DNA of 63,405 nucleotides, filler included, from Pirum gemmata (Eukaryota): NCBI GenBank assembly GCA_002812295.1. It is 21 parts of 21 records of this genome, joined end to end, with 100 filler letters (N's around TTAATTAATTAA, not from the genome) between each part and the next. Parts side by side here need not be neighbours in the genome. Positions count along the whole stretch, not along the records: positions 48,581 to 51,470 come from PDIN01004176.1; positions 51,571 to 54,438 come from PDIN01004177.1; positions 54,539 to 57,427 come from PDIN01004178.1; positions 57,528 to 60,414 come from PDIN01004179.1; positions 60,515 to 63,405 come from PDIN01004180.1; 16 more parts are not named here. One strand, 5' to 3'. Shown piece by piece: positions 49,052 to 60,719 of this stretch (position 1 is its first letter; each line of letters starts with the position of its first letter). The notes under the pieces were generated by a model. It saw only the letters and a program-made list of their open reading frames with translations, ran no database searches and was not told where the DNA came from. The position numbers and the translations under genes were made by a program.

Positions 49052-50753
49052 NNNNNNNNNNNNNNNNNNNNNAAAAAAAAAAAAAAAATAAAAAACATTA
49101 AAAAAAAAAAATAAAAATAAAAAAAAAAAGCTACGCCTATCATATCATAATAAAATAAAAAAAACAAATCCGCAGCCCTTACTGGCGTAGGACACATATT
49201 GGACATATTAGGGAGCAAAAAATAATACATCACGTGAAGGGGTAGGTAAGTAGGTGGTATTTGACCGGAAATTTTAACGTCGAGGGGTAGGTAGGTAGGA
49301 GTATTTGAAGCTGTATTTGACTGGGAATTGGCGTTACGTAGTATTTAAACCTAGCTAGGTAGGTAGGTCTACAAGGTGTACAATTCAAAAACTGAAGTAA
49401 ACCTACCAAATTATTATTATGGTTAATCTATCGGACATGTTTTAATTAATTTGGTATTTTATGTCTATTGTTGTGTTTTATAAAAAAGTACGATTATACA
49501 CGTAAACAGTACCAAATTAAAGATTGAGAAGACAAATATATAGATGATAACCAAGGCTATCGAATACAATAAAGCAATTATAGCTGTTGTGCTTTTCATT
49601 TATTTTGTCAATCCGAATATTTATTTGGTTATTTATAATATTAAAATTGATTCTTTTAAATAAATAACATATATAATAAAAGATACCAAATTAAATAAAA
49701 TGGATTTATATTATATTAATTTGGTATTATTTATTTTTATTAATATATAATAAAATATACCAAATTAAATAAAATGGATTTATATTACATTAAAATTTGG
49801 TCAACCTAACCCTAACCCTAACCCTAACCCTATAGCATGGAATCATAGACTAATAATATATATTATATAGACACTTGATGCGAGAAAAGCACAATTTTAC
49901 ACATATATAGCTATACCTAATCCTAACTCTAACTCTAACTCTAACCCTAACCCTAACCTAACCCTAACCTAATCCTCATGGCGTTGGTTAAAGTCTACGA
50001 ACTCTACCATGATAGTATAATTTTATTGTGCATTTCATTTATTTTGTCAATTTATTTGGAGGGTTATAATCTTTAAATTGACAATTAAAAACCATCATAT
50101 TATGCTTATTCTATCGTTTGCGTACTATTTGGCTATGAATCCTAACCGTGACTCAATCCTAACCCTAACCTTAACCTTACCCTATCAGATAACTTTGCCG
50201 CTATTTATATCCTTAACCGTAGCCTTAACGTTAAAACCTTATCCTTATCCTTATCCTTATCCTTATTAACCATAAAAATCTTATTTAAAAAAATCTGTTA
50301 ACCCAAACCCCAACTATAAAAGTTTGTCTTTGTAAAACCACAAGTGTAAATAATATGAAACAAAGAGTGTAGGAAAATACACTGTTGTTGGTGTTATTGG
50401 CTGGTGTTGCTGGTTAGTGTTGTTGGCTGGTATTGTTGATTGGTGTTGTTGATTGGTATTGTTGGTTGGTGTTGTTGGTTGGTTTTGTTGTTGTTGTTAA
50501 AAAATTTCTCCTCTGATTGTGATTGGTAAAAAAAATCAAAATTTGGTTTTTACTCTCTTTGTCAGAGAGTTGTCAGATTGTCTACCCAGAGTCTACCCAG
50601 ACTACCCAGTCTCTTTCTAGCTAGAGTCTCTTTGTCTATGCAAACCAGAAATTCCAGAATACGGATATTACGGAGTTCTGTTAGCCTATTAGCTCTCCAG
50701 ATTTAACCCTTGCCGTATAATATCAACAGATAATATCAAACTTTACCTATCAT

Positions 50754-50796
<43 letters not shown>

Positions 50797-50899
50797 GAAT
50801 CATAATGTACTTTGTAAATTAGCTTTTAGGCAACCTTAATTAATGACCATGATGTAAAATGCAATACCATTCTGGAAGTAAGAATCTTTATTTTTTAAA

Positions 50900-51420
50900 A
50901 AAAAGGATGCTGAAAATGATGATAATGCACTTTGTAGATTAGCTTTTAGGTAACCTTAATTGATAATCATGATCTAACATTATTCTGGAAGAGTACAAGT
51001 ACCATACAATAAAATTAATTAATAGGATGTAAAAGTGCAAGTATTAATACACCAATGACATGCAAAAGCAATAGTACAGTCTTATCAATAGCAACACCGT
51101 TAATTAACATAATATAGTATTAGTCAACATCGAAAAGAACAAAATAAAAAGCAACATCAATAATAAATATTAAAATCCAATTATGCAATAAAAAAAAGCA
51201 CATTTTTTTGTTTTTTATTTTTTAAAATAGAAGAAATATTACTTGATAATAATAACAAATAAAAATACAAGAGGGATGAGGAAGCAAATATTGTGTAAGA
51301 TCATTAAAATATTGTTTGTACAATATACTTCATTTATGAGTCAATCAATTGACCATAAGTAATTTATATGTACACTCGCCAGTACAAAAATGGGAGCAGT
51401 AATTATAACACTGATAACAA
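50900..51420 (-). pseudogene. Decayed multi-pass membrane (7TM-like) gene fragment
   Basis: The minus strand gives VISVIITAPIFVLASVHINYLWSID*LINEVYCTNNILMILHNICFLIPLVFLFVIIIK, then after a frameshift NISSILKNKKQKNVLF and further hydrophobic stretches with stops. The layout is like the C-terminal half of 55773-56771. Confidence 0.3.
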
Positions 51421-52509
51421 TAATGTAATAATTGGGGTTAGGGTAGTAGTAGTAGTAGTAGTAGTAGTAGNNNNNNNNNNNNNNNNNNNNNNNNNNNNNN
51501 NNNNNNNNNNNNNNTTAATTAATTAANNNNNNNNNNNNNNNNNNNNNNNNNNNNNNNNNNNNNNNNNNNNCAATAACAATAACAATAACAATAACAATAA
51601 AAAAAATATTATATTATATAAAAAAAAGAATAACTATAACAATTTAACAATATAACAATAACAATATAACAACATAACAACAATAATAAAAATATAACAA
51701 TAACAAAAACAATATATAATAATAATAAGCAACAACAACAATAATAGATAATGATAATAATAATAAACAACAACTACAATAACTACGTATTAATATACAA
51801 CAATAATAACAATAACAATAACAATAACAATACCAATGTATTATTATAATAATAACAATAACAATCACATTTGTTGCGGCAATGCGTGCTGGGGAGGTGG
51901 CCAATGGTTCTCTGATGCCGACCCGTAAACCTCAAGCTAATTTATTATTTTAATATTTTTTAATATATTAAATTTTGTTAATATTTATTTATTTATGATA
52001 TAAATAAAAAAATAAAGTCCACAAGCTAATTTATATTTATTTATTTATTTATAATATTAAATAATAATAAAATAATAAAGTTTATTTTACTTTAATAATA
52101 TCAATAACATTACGTTATCATTTCAGTATTTAATAATTAAAATTTTGGTATTTTATACTTAAAATATTGTATTTTATAAACAAGTTCAATTATACACGAA
52201 AACAATACCGAATTGAGAGGACCACTAATGAAATAGACGATAAATATCTACAAAACCACTTATTGAATCTAGAAGGGTATTTTTGTCAACTAAGACGTCT
52301 AGATTGGTATTTTTAGACTTTAATTAAACCCATCGTTTGAATCGATATTTTTTTTTAAAAATTGAAAATTTGACTTAAATTACTATAAAAGGTTAACTTA
52401 TAACTATTAATAGTAATACTTAATATAGTAAACTACTATTTTAAGGATATAAATATCTATTTTAAGTAATAATNATATAGTAAACTACTATTTTAAGGAT
52501 ATAAATATC

Positions 52510-52928
52510 TATTTTAAGTAATAATTTTTTGCCATCTCAATTCCTTTTGTAACCTATCTCCAAATTTCTGCCAAAGGGGATGTCATAGTGATGTCATCCC
52601 TCCTCGGGGAACATTCATAAATGACGGTACCTTTTTCTAAATTTCCATTTTTAATGGCTTATATTTCAATCTGAAAATTAGAATTTTCATCTGATAGACC
52701 TAGGGCAGATGGTTGAAAAGTCTGCAGTGTTACGATGACGTCATATAACATAAATATAAATAAAAAGACTATAAAAAGAACCAAAAAATAAACACAAAAA
52801 TTATCTTTTTTTAGCAATTTTATTTTTATCATTATTACATCAAAAATAGATACCAGTAGTATGATCATAATACCAAGGACCGAGGACCAAGGAGTGACCA
52901 AGGTATCGATAGGATCATAAAAATGCAC
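52510..52928 (-). pseudogene. Possible gene relic with in-frame stops
   Basis: The frame of ORF 52659-52928 continues past its stop with coding-like sequence: QIEI*AIKNGNLEKGTVIYECSPRRDDITMTSPLAEIWR*VTKGIEMAKNYYLK*. Confidence 0.25.
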
Positions 52929-52936
52929 ATTATTGC

Positions 52937-52972
<36 letters not shown>

Positions 52973-53834
52973 TTTTTAATTTTTTTTAATTTTTAATTTT
53001 TAATTTTTCCAGACTCTAGCTAGCTAGAGACTCTTTAAAAAACTATTATTTAGTTTATCATAGTAGTTATTAGTAGCTCGAAAATTTAATTGAATTTAGT
53101 ATATTTTATTATCTATTTACTCATGTCAATTTAAAGGTTATATAACCCACCAAATATTCAGGTTATCAAAATGAATTGATAGCTATAGACTAGTAGACTA
53201 TTAGGAGAGTAGTTGAACTTCAATTTAAATGAATCGAGCTTGCAATAATACGTGACGTCACTTTATTTGAAGAAAAAAAACACAAACAAAAGAAAACACT
53301 ACTAAACACAATATATATTTTTTGTTTTTTGTTTTTTGTTTTTTGTGTTTTTATGATTTTTGTTTTTGTTTTTTGTTTTTTTGGTTTTTTGGTTTTTTGT
53401 TTTTTTGTTTTTTGGTTTTTTGGTTTTTTGGTTTTTTGGTTTTTTGGTTTTTTGGTTTTTTGGTTTTTTGGTTTTTTGATTTTTGGCAGTAAAATATGGC
53501 TAACTTTTAACAAAACGTATCATAACCACTTTGATCTCTTAAGACATACCAGTCAGTGTTCCCTACAAAAAACAAAACCGAAAAAACAAAAAGAAAAAAC
53601 AAAACGAAAAAAACATCATAGCATTACCCCTTTAAAGCCTTTTGATGTTTTTGTTCGAATGCTATTAAAATCGGTGGGATTTTCCATCTTTTTTTTGTCT
53701 AAAAGAAAAAAAAGAAGTAAATTTTTTATCCAAAAAGGGAGCCAGTTCTTAGATAAAAGGAAGTATTTCTTACATAAAAAAAGACGTTTTTATACAGCAG
53801 GCATCCCCATCCCCATCACCCTCACCACCGCCCC

Positions 53835-54216
53835 AACCCGAACCCAAAACTTAAACCCGAAACCCAAACCCGAAACCCAAACCCGAACCCCGAACCCGAA
53901 CCCCGAACCCGAACCCCGAACCCGAACCCCGAACCCCGAACCCGAACCCGAACCCGAACCTCAGCAGTGAAAAGGAACATCTCGTGTAAAAGGCAATTAG
54001 TTCAACTAAAAAGGTAACCACGCCAAAAGTAGCACTTTTCCTATAAAAAGGCGACATGTAAAAGTCGGTTTTCACAGTTAACTCACATAAAAGGCTTAAA
54101 ATGACTAGTTCTTACATAAAAGGCAGTAGTTTCAGACATAAAAGGACTGTGGTTTTGACTTAAAAGGTTTTAGTATCGGCATAAAAGGTAGTAATATTGG
54201 ATTGGACATAAAAGGC
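53835..54216 (+). repeat. (CCCGAA)n telomere-variant array followed by a spaced (CAT)AAAAGG motif array
   Basis: CCCGAA/CCCCGAA repeats at 53835-53960, then about eleven (CAT)AAAAGG motifs at roughly 16-34 nt spacing, separated by non-identical sequence. Confidence 0.8.
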
Positions 54217-54719
54217 ATCAAAGTGACCAATATTCACATTATTATTTAATAAGCATTTTATTCCTCATTGTAATTATCCATCGTTTTGTTTTCCATTTCT
54301 TGTTCATATTCAATCTCAACTCGTTTACGGCCACCTTTGTATTTAAAACAAAAACAAAATAATAACAATATAAATAATAAATAGTAATAAATATTAATAA
54401 ATAATAAATAAATAATAAATAATAAATAATAATAAATANNNNNNNNNNNNNNNNNNNNNNNNNNNNNNNNNNNNNNNNNNNNTTAATTAATTAANNNNNN
54501 NNNNNNNNNNNNNNNNNNNNNNNNNNNNNNNNNNNNNNATATATATAGGCGATTATATAGTTGAAAGAGTGGAGAGTGTAATAATAATTTATGTTTTGAT
54601 TAATAGTTTTTAATTTTAATAATTTTGTGAAGTAATTGACAACTCTCGTTGGTAAAAGTCGCATTGGGTTTAGTCGATGTGACTTTTGATGACATCACAA
54701 AATTGTCACTATTATTTAT

Positions 54720-55045
54720 AGCTAAAAATATTTTTAATAGCCTAATTAGCCCTATATGTACAATAGGTAGCCCTAGATGTACTCTAATTATCCTAGATAT
54801 ACAATAGGTAGCCCCAGATTTACATTAAATCTAAAAATATTTTTAATAGTCTAATTAACCCTAGATGTATAATAGGTAGCCCCAGATGTACTCTAATTAG
54901 CCCCAGGTGTACCTTAAATATAAGAATATTTTTAAGTCTAACTAGATCCAGATGTACAATAGGTAGCTCCAAATGTTAATTCTTTTACATGAAAACCACA
55001 CTCTAACTAGCTCCAGATGTTAATTCTTTTACATGAAAACCACCA
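54720..55045 (+). repeat. Composite tandem repeat (CTAGATGTACAATAGGTAGCCC subunits in ~90-110 bp higher-order units)
   Basis: CTAAAAATATTTTTAATAG.CTAATTA.CCCTA.ATGTA.AATAGGTAGCCC recurs at ~54722, 54831 and, degenerate, 54920. An exact duplicate of ATGTTAATTCTTTTACATGAAAACCAC follows. Confidence 0.8.
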
Positions 55046-55221
55046 AAAAAATTACTTATTTACGGTTTTGTTGAAATTCTAATTTTTTAGGGTATAGAGT
55101 ACGTTGTCAAAAAAAGCCAAATAAATTCAGCTCTGTTCGAAAATTATTTTTTTTTTGTTTTTTCGTTTTTTTTAATTAAAAAATATACTCGATTGAAGGC
55201 TAAAATATTTTAAACTTATTT

Positions 55222-55267
<46 letters not shown>

Positions 55268-55772
55268 ATTATTATTATTTTTATTTTAATTTTTTTTTAT
55301 TTTTTTTTTATTATTGTGTATATTGTGTGACTGATTATAGTCATCAACAGTGTCATCAACAAACTCACCCAAAAACTTTTGCTGACAAAATCTTTGCACC
55401 GGAAACTTTTGCTGACAAAACCTTTGCACTTGAATAAAAAAGAAAGTTAATAATATGATAACGTAAATAAAAATTAATAATGGGATGGGAGTGGATGGGT
55501 ATAAATACAAAATTTACTTAATTCAAAAAATGACAACAACAACCAAAAAATTAAAAGAAAAAAAATAAATGATAATATAAAACTTACTAATAAAATAAAA
55601 ATAAACTAATAAAATAAAAATAAAAAAGCTTTATACTATCAATTTTAATTAGATAAAAAATCAATTGTCTTTGCGCTACTATTGTAAGTTTTTGTGGTTT
55701 TGTAAGTTTTTGCTACTCCGCGTCTGTGTTTTCAGTCTTAGTTACTCCGGGTCAGTGTAAAATTAATTAAAA

Positions 55773-56771
55773 ATGTCTTGTCCTGATAATAATTGGCAGA
55801 AAAGTTTGACCCCTAATGCTTATGGCACATTCGGGGCAATTGGTATCTTCTTATGTTTCTTACTTGCTCTTACAATCCCAATATTAATTCGCAAAACATA
55901 TACTTCTTATACGCAAGGGAATCCAGGCAACAGAACAATCTTTAAAATCAACCTTACTTATAATATTATGAATATTTGTTATGTCATGGCGATGTCAGCG
56001 GATTATATTTTTATGCTTTGGTGGGCATCTTCGTGTTCTTTCTCTTCAGTTGGGGCAGTGGAAAGGTTAGGTCGCATGCTCGGCATGTACTTTTCTACTA
56101 GTATCAGTTTAGTGTTTTTGGTACGATTTTATACATTCATTGAATCTATGAATTCTGCTAATCCGCATCGTTTTGAATTAAAGGGGTATTTTTGGTATTC
56201 TATTGGGTCGGGTTTGTTGTATTTACTTTTGTTTATTTTAGTAATAACTGGGGTTATAAAGGACCTGTTATAACACAACAGGTTGCGTCACTAGGGGATT
56301 GGGTAGGTAGTGTAGAGAGTGTTTTTATTGCTTATATTATGGGTGTGATGTTGTATAGAATTTTCTTTAACATCAATGAGGCATTTAAAAAACACGTGAA
56401 CATTTTAATGTTAAAAGATAGTTTGGTGTTGCTGATTTTGTTATTGGTATTAAAAGCTACTACTAATATTGCATTTTTAAGTATTTCTATTAATGACATT
56501 GATTTAAATCGTTTAGGCGAGGCTGCCATCTTTTCTGATTTAACTATTATGTGTGATGTTTTAGGACTTTTTCTAATGAATATTATGACTGCTCGCGGTA
56601 CTGTATATTGTGCGTATACTAATTAATACCAATACACATAAAAAAAGGACATCTATTAATGGTGTTAACTTTAACCCTGCTCATTCAAAGTCCAAAAATA
56701 CTCGTGGTCATCATCTATCTGATTCTACTGCTACTATTACTATTTATGATGGAAATAGTAATGAAAATTAG
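55773..56771 (+). pseudogene. Intronless 7TM (GPCR-like) gene with two frameshifts
   Basis: ORFs 55773-56273 and 56192-56626 together give about seven hydrophobic helices with a frameshift near 56250-56270. A TAAT duplication at 56620-56627 creates a stop. Removing it restores the tail NTNTHKKRTSINGVNFNPAHSKSKNTRGHHLSDSTATITIYDGNSNEN* ending at 56771. Confidence 0.7.
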
Positions 56772-57750
56772 TTATTGTTGCATTGGTTACTTTGGTTATT
56801 ATTATTGATATTACTAACACTGGTTACTTAAAAGCCAATAATACTCAACTATCTGATTTTACCGCAACTATTACTATGGGAACAATTCTGAAAATTAGTC
56901 ATTATTGTGTTAGTTATTGTTATTAGTTGGATATACTTTACGACACTTTTGAGTTAATTTGTTATTTTAAAATAAAAGAGGAGTACATTAAATCTTTTAT
57001 GATATCTATTATACAGTATTATGACTTCTCGCTGTACTGAGTATTGTGCGTATACTAATGCCAATACACATAAAACAAGGACATCTAAGAGTGTTAGCAA
57101 TAGCCATCAAAAGGCCAATAATACTAGTGCTCTTCTATCTGATTCAACTATTACCATTTATGATTGAAATAGTTCTGAAAATTAGTCATTGTTGCATTGG
57201 TTATTATTATTATTATTATTACTATTAATACTATTATTATTGCTACAAAAGGCCAATAATACTAGTGCTCATCTATCTGATTCTACCGCAACTATTACTA
57301 TTTATGATGGAAATGGTTCTGAAAATTAGTAATTGTTGTATTGGTTATTATTATAAATAATACTACATTGTTAATACTATCACATACCTCAATTATTATT
57401 ATTATTATTATTATTAATATTATTATTNNNNNNNNNNNNNNNNNNNNNNNNNNNNNNNNNNNNNNNNNNNNTTAATTAATTAANNNNNNNNNNNNNNNNN
57501 NNNNNNNNNNNNNNNNNNNNNNNNNNNGGGAGGGGGTAATAGTAGTAGTGGTAATGGTAGTGGTAGTGGTAGTGGTAATATTAATAATAATAATAATAAT
57601 AATAAATAATAATAACTTTAGTTAGTTAGAATATTATTTATTTATTACATTAACTTTTAGTTTTTTAAATTTGTAATTATCATAATCAACAGTTAATTAA
57701 TAATCAATAAATTCAAATTTTTATGTTTATAATCAACAGTCAATTAATAA

Positions 57751-60362
57751 TCAATCAATAAATTCAAAATTATTTATATGCGTTAAAAATACCGCAAAAG
57801 ATGTATGTTTTGTTTTGTTGGCCACTAATGCATCAAGAAGAGCTTTTAACTTTTTGTAGGCAGCACTAGTATCACCAGTATCACTAGTAGTATCACCAGT
57901 ATCACTAGGATTTCTTTCTAATTTCGCCTCATATAGATCAGTTTTACTAAAAACCGGTATCCCGTATGTTTTAAAGAGTTTGTCCTTTTCTTTCTTTGTG
58001 CTACTAGCCACAAAACTCAGAAACTGTGCTACTTGGTCTCCATCATGATCTAGTTGATTGGACATAAACGTAATATTTTGTTTTAAAACTCCTCTACGTG
58101 ACCATGCTTTTTCGTACTTTCCAATAGTAGCTCTACCACACCATTTACCAACTTTACCTCCACAATACATTTCACAGATTTTATCCATTTCTTCTATGTC
58201 TTCATCATATTGACGATAAATGTCAATAATACCAACTGAGTCAAATATTTTTCCCAGAGAACTGTTGATACATTTTTGAGAATGCTCCATTTTTTTAAAA
58301 ATATTCTGTAAAATACGTTTGTCACTATCAGAAGTAGCAAGGTTTTTATAAGTGGATGCCCATCTGGTCATATAGTCTGCCAACATATTTCCAGGTGGCT
58401 GAATATTCATAAGATCATTGAGATCATTAGAAGGTAGTTGGCTTCCTTGTGCCTTAGCTTCAAACCATACATGTAACCTTGCTTGACGAAGCTGTTCAAT
58501 TGTTACTGCATCAGAATCAGATAACCTTCCAAGATCATAATCGCTAGAACTACTATAACTACTATCATTGTTACCGGTATAGCTATTCCCATAAATCCCA
58601 AAGTCACCTCTACCACCTCTTCTATCATCATCATCATCATCTCTACCATTTCTATTACTTCTACCATCGCTATTATCTCTATTGCTATTGATACCTCTAC
58701 TTACACCTCCTCTTCTATCATGGCTATTATCGCTATCGCTATCGCTATCATCTCTACCATTTCTATTACTTCTACCATCGCTATTATCTCTATTGCTATT
58801 GATACCTCTACTTACACCTCCTCTTCTATCATGGCTATTATCGCTATCGCTATTGCTATCACTGTCGCTATATATATCAAAAAAACTACCACTATGCCTA
58901 TCTCTACCACTATCTCTATCTCTACCACCATTATCTCTATCTCTACCACCATTATCCCTATCTCTACCACCATTATCTCTATCTCTACCACCATTATCTC
59001 TATCTCTACCACCACTATTTTTATCTCTATCTCTATCTCTATCTCTATCTCTATCTCTATCTCTATCTCTATCTCCATCTCTATTTCTACCCCTATCTTT
59101 ACCCCTTCTATCTCTATTTCTACCCCTATCTTTACCCCTTCTATCTCTATTTCTACCCCTATTTAATGTTGCTGTAAGTTTTTCCAGCTGACGGTGATTA
59201 CGTAAAGTATATTTCTCAATACGGTCTATTTTTTCCATATTTTGATCTAAACTTTCTTGAAATTTTTCTAATTTATTAGAAAATTTTACCAAATGTCTAG
59301 CAATAAACAAAGTATCCGAATTTGCTTGTGTAAGGCCCCGATCGATTTTGTCATACATTCTTTGTAACACAAGAACGTAAGCTTCGTCGATTTTTTCTTT
59401 CACGTATTGAAACTCCTGTACACAGTTTTCAATAGCGTTTATATGTTCCTCGGCCCAAGTTTTCCATTCATCCGATTTAAAAAACTCTAGGTTCCAGATG
59501 GGCAAGTCTGGCTTTATTTTTTGTAAGATGGGCGCGTCTTGACAAAATAAATATGGACAAGTATGCAATATTTCAATAAAACCTTGAAGATTAGGATCAA
59601 TATTCAATGGGTCGTTCTTCGCATTCTCATAAAACGTTTTAATATCACCTTGGCAAAACCCAAACACCTCCTTTTTCATTCTTCTCAGAATGTTCTCCTC
59701 AACGTGTCTGTCCCTTTCGAGATAGTATTTTTCACTAAGAGCCTGGAACTGTGCCAAGCATTTCATGATAGATATCTCTACCTCAAATTTATAAAATTTC
59801 GCTTGCACATCGGTGCCCATAGACCAGTGTCCGTGTCTATTCATGGCATTGTGATCCCCTTGTTTACGACTAGCAGTGCCAACCGCAAATTTTCTGTACT
59901 TCTTACTAACATCAAAATCGGCTGAAAGGCCACAATCTTTAAATAATTGTTTCAGATGAAGATAAAAAGTGCCTTTTTGTATCCCAGTTTTAGGTTGACC
60001 CTTGTTTCGAAACAAGAATTTGTAATTATACCAATCCTTACTGTTTATCAAGTTAGGGAATTCCATTTTAAGGCCACCTTCAAGCGTAGGGTGATGTTTC
60101 ATTATCATATATACATTAAATGATACCCAGGTACAAATAAGAACCAGTTTGTTCCTCGCCAGCCCAATGAATTCAAAAATTCCTGTTTGGTTGTGCTTGG
60201 CTTGGCTCAGGACAATGATCAGTGTGTGCATATCAGAGCCTTCACCGATGTCCTCTTTTTTGTACCTCTCGTAGAATAAATCTGCATAGGTGCCATTTTC
60301 CATTAGCTGCTTCCTTCCAGCAGCGTGGTAGGCAAACGTATGGTTTATTAATAAGTTTAAAT
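57751..60362 (-). CDS. CryptonF-like protein: tyrosine-recombinase (NDC10_II-type) domain + Arg/Asp-rich linker + GCR1_C DNA-binding domain; 5'-partial
   Basis: Exon starts after a CAG acceptor at 60363: LLINHTFAYHAAGRKQLMENGTYADLF..AKHNQTG..GLARNKLVLICTWVSFNVY..FPNL..DWYNYK..SKKYRK..RHGHWS..KFY..MKCLAQF..YYLER. The C-terminal IIDIYRQY..GKW..EKAWSRRGVL resembles GCR1_C. Confidence 0.85.
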
Positions 60363-60382
60363 CTGTATAAATAAATAAATAA

Positions 60383-60413
<31 letters not shown>

Positions 60414-60623
60414 ANNNNNNNNNNNNNNNNNNNNNNNNNNNNNNNNNNNNNNNNNNNNTTAATTAATTAANNNNNNNNNNNNNNNNNNNNNNNNNNNNNN
60501 NNNNNNNNNNNNNNACAACCAAATAAATATTCGGAGTGACAAAATGTATGAAAAGCACAATATAATATACATAATACTACATGTGACACTTTTTCAATGT
60601 TAAAACTAATAGTCTATATATAA

Positions 60624-60719
60624 AGACACTTTTTGCGGAATAGTCAGATAATTGTGCGAAGACTGGTACTTTTGTACCAGTTTTCGCACAATTATCTGAC
60701 TATTCCACAAAAAGTGTCT
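60624..60719. mobile_element. Near-perfect hairpin element (46-bp arms, TTTT loop)
   Basis: AGACACTTTTTGCGGAATAGTCAGATAATTGTGCGAAGACTGGTAC matches the reverse complement of 60674-60719 at 44 of 46 positions; TA-rich flanks. Confidence 0.85.

Noticed and set aside
51870..51935. Short GC-rich island, possibly a small exon or RNA
   Set aside because: Several frames are open, and I found no recognisable motif or convincing structure, so no call is supportable.
52510..52928. In-frame TAA/TAG suggesting stop-codon reassignment
   Set aside because: Well-supported genes (desaturase, SH3 protein) end at TAA, and the long ORFs contain no internal stops. Decay is the simpler explanation.
58682..59925. 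Antisense ORFs over the Crypton-like gene (and those over 25300-29056, 37916-39313, 46033-48453)
   Set aside because: They are shadow frames of real coding or repetitive sequence with no independent motifs.
2876..60514. TTAATTAATTAA recurring about every 3 kb, resembling a periodic element or nanochromosome boundary
   Set aside because: It is always centred in exactly 44+44 N, so it is a synthetic six-frame-stop linker. The periodicity reflects similar contig sizes.
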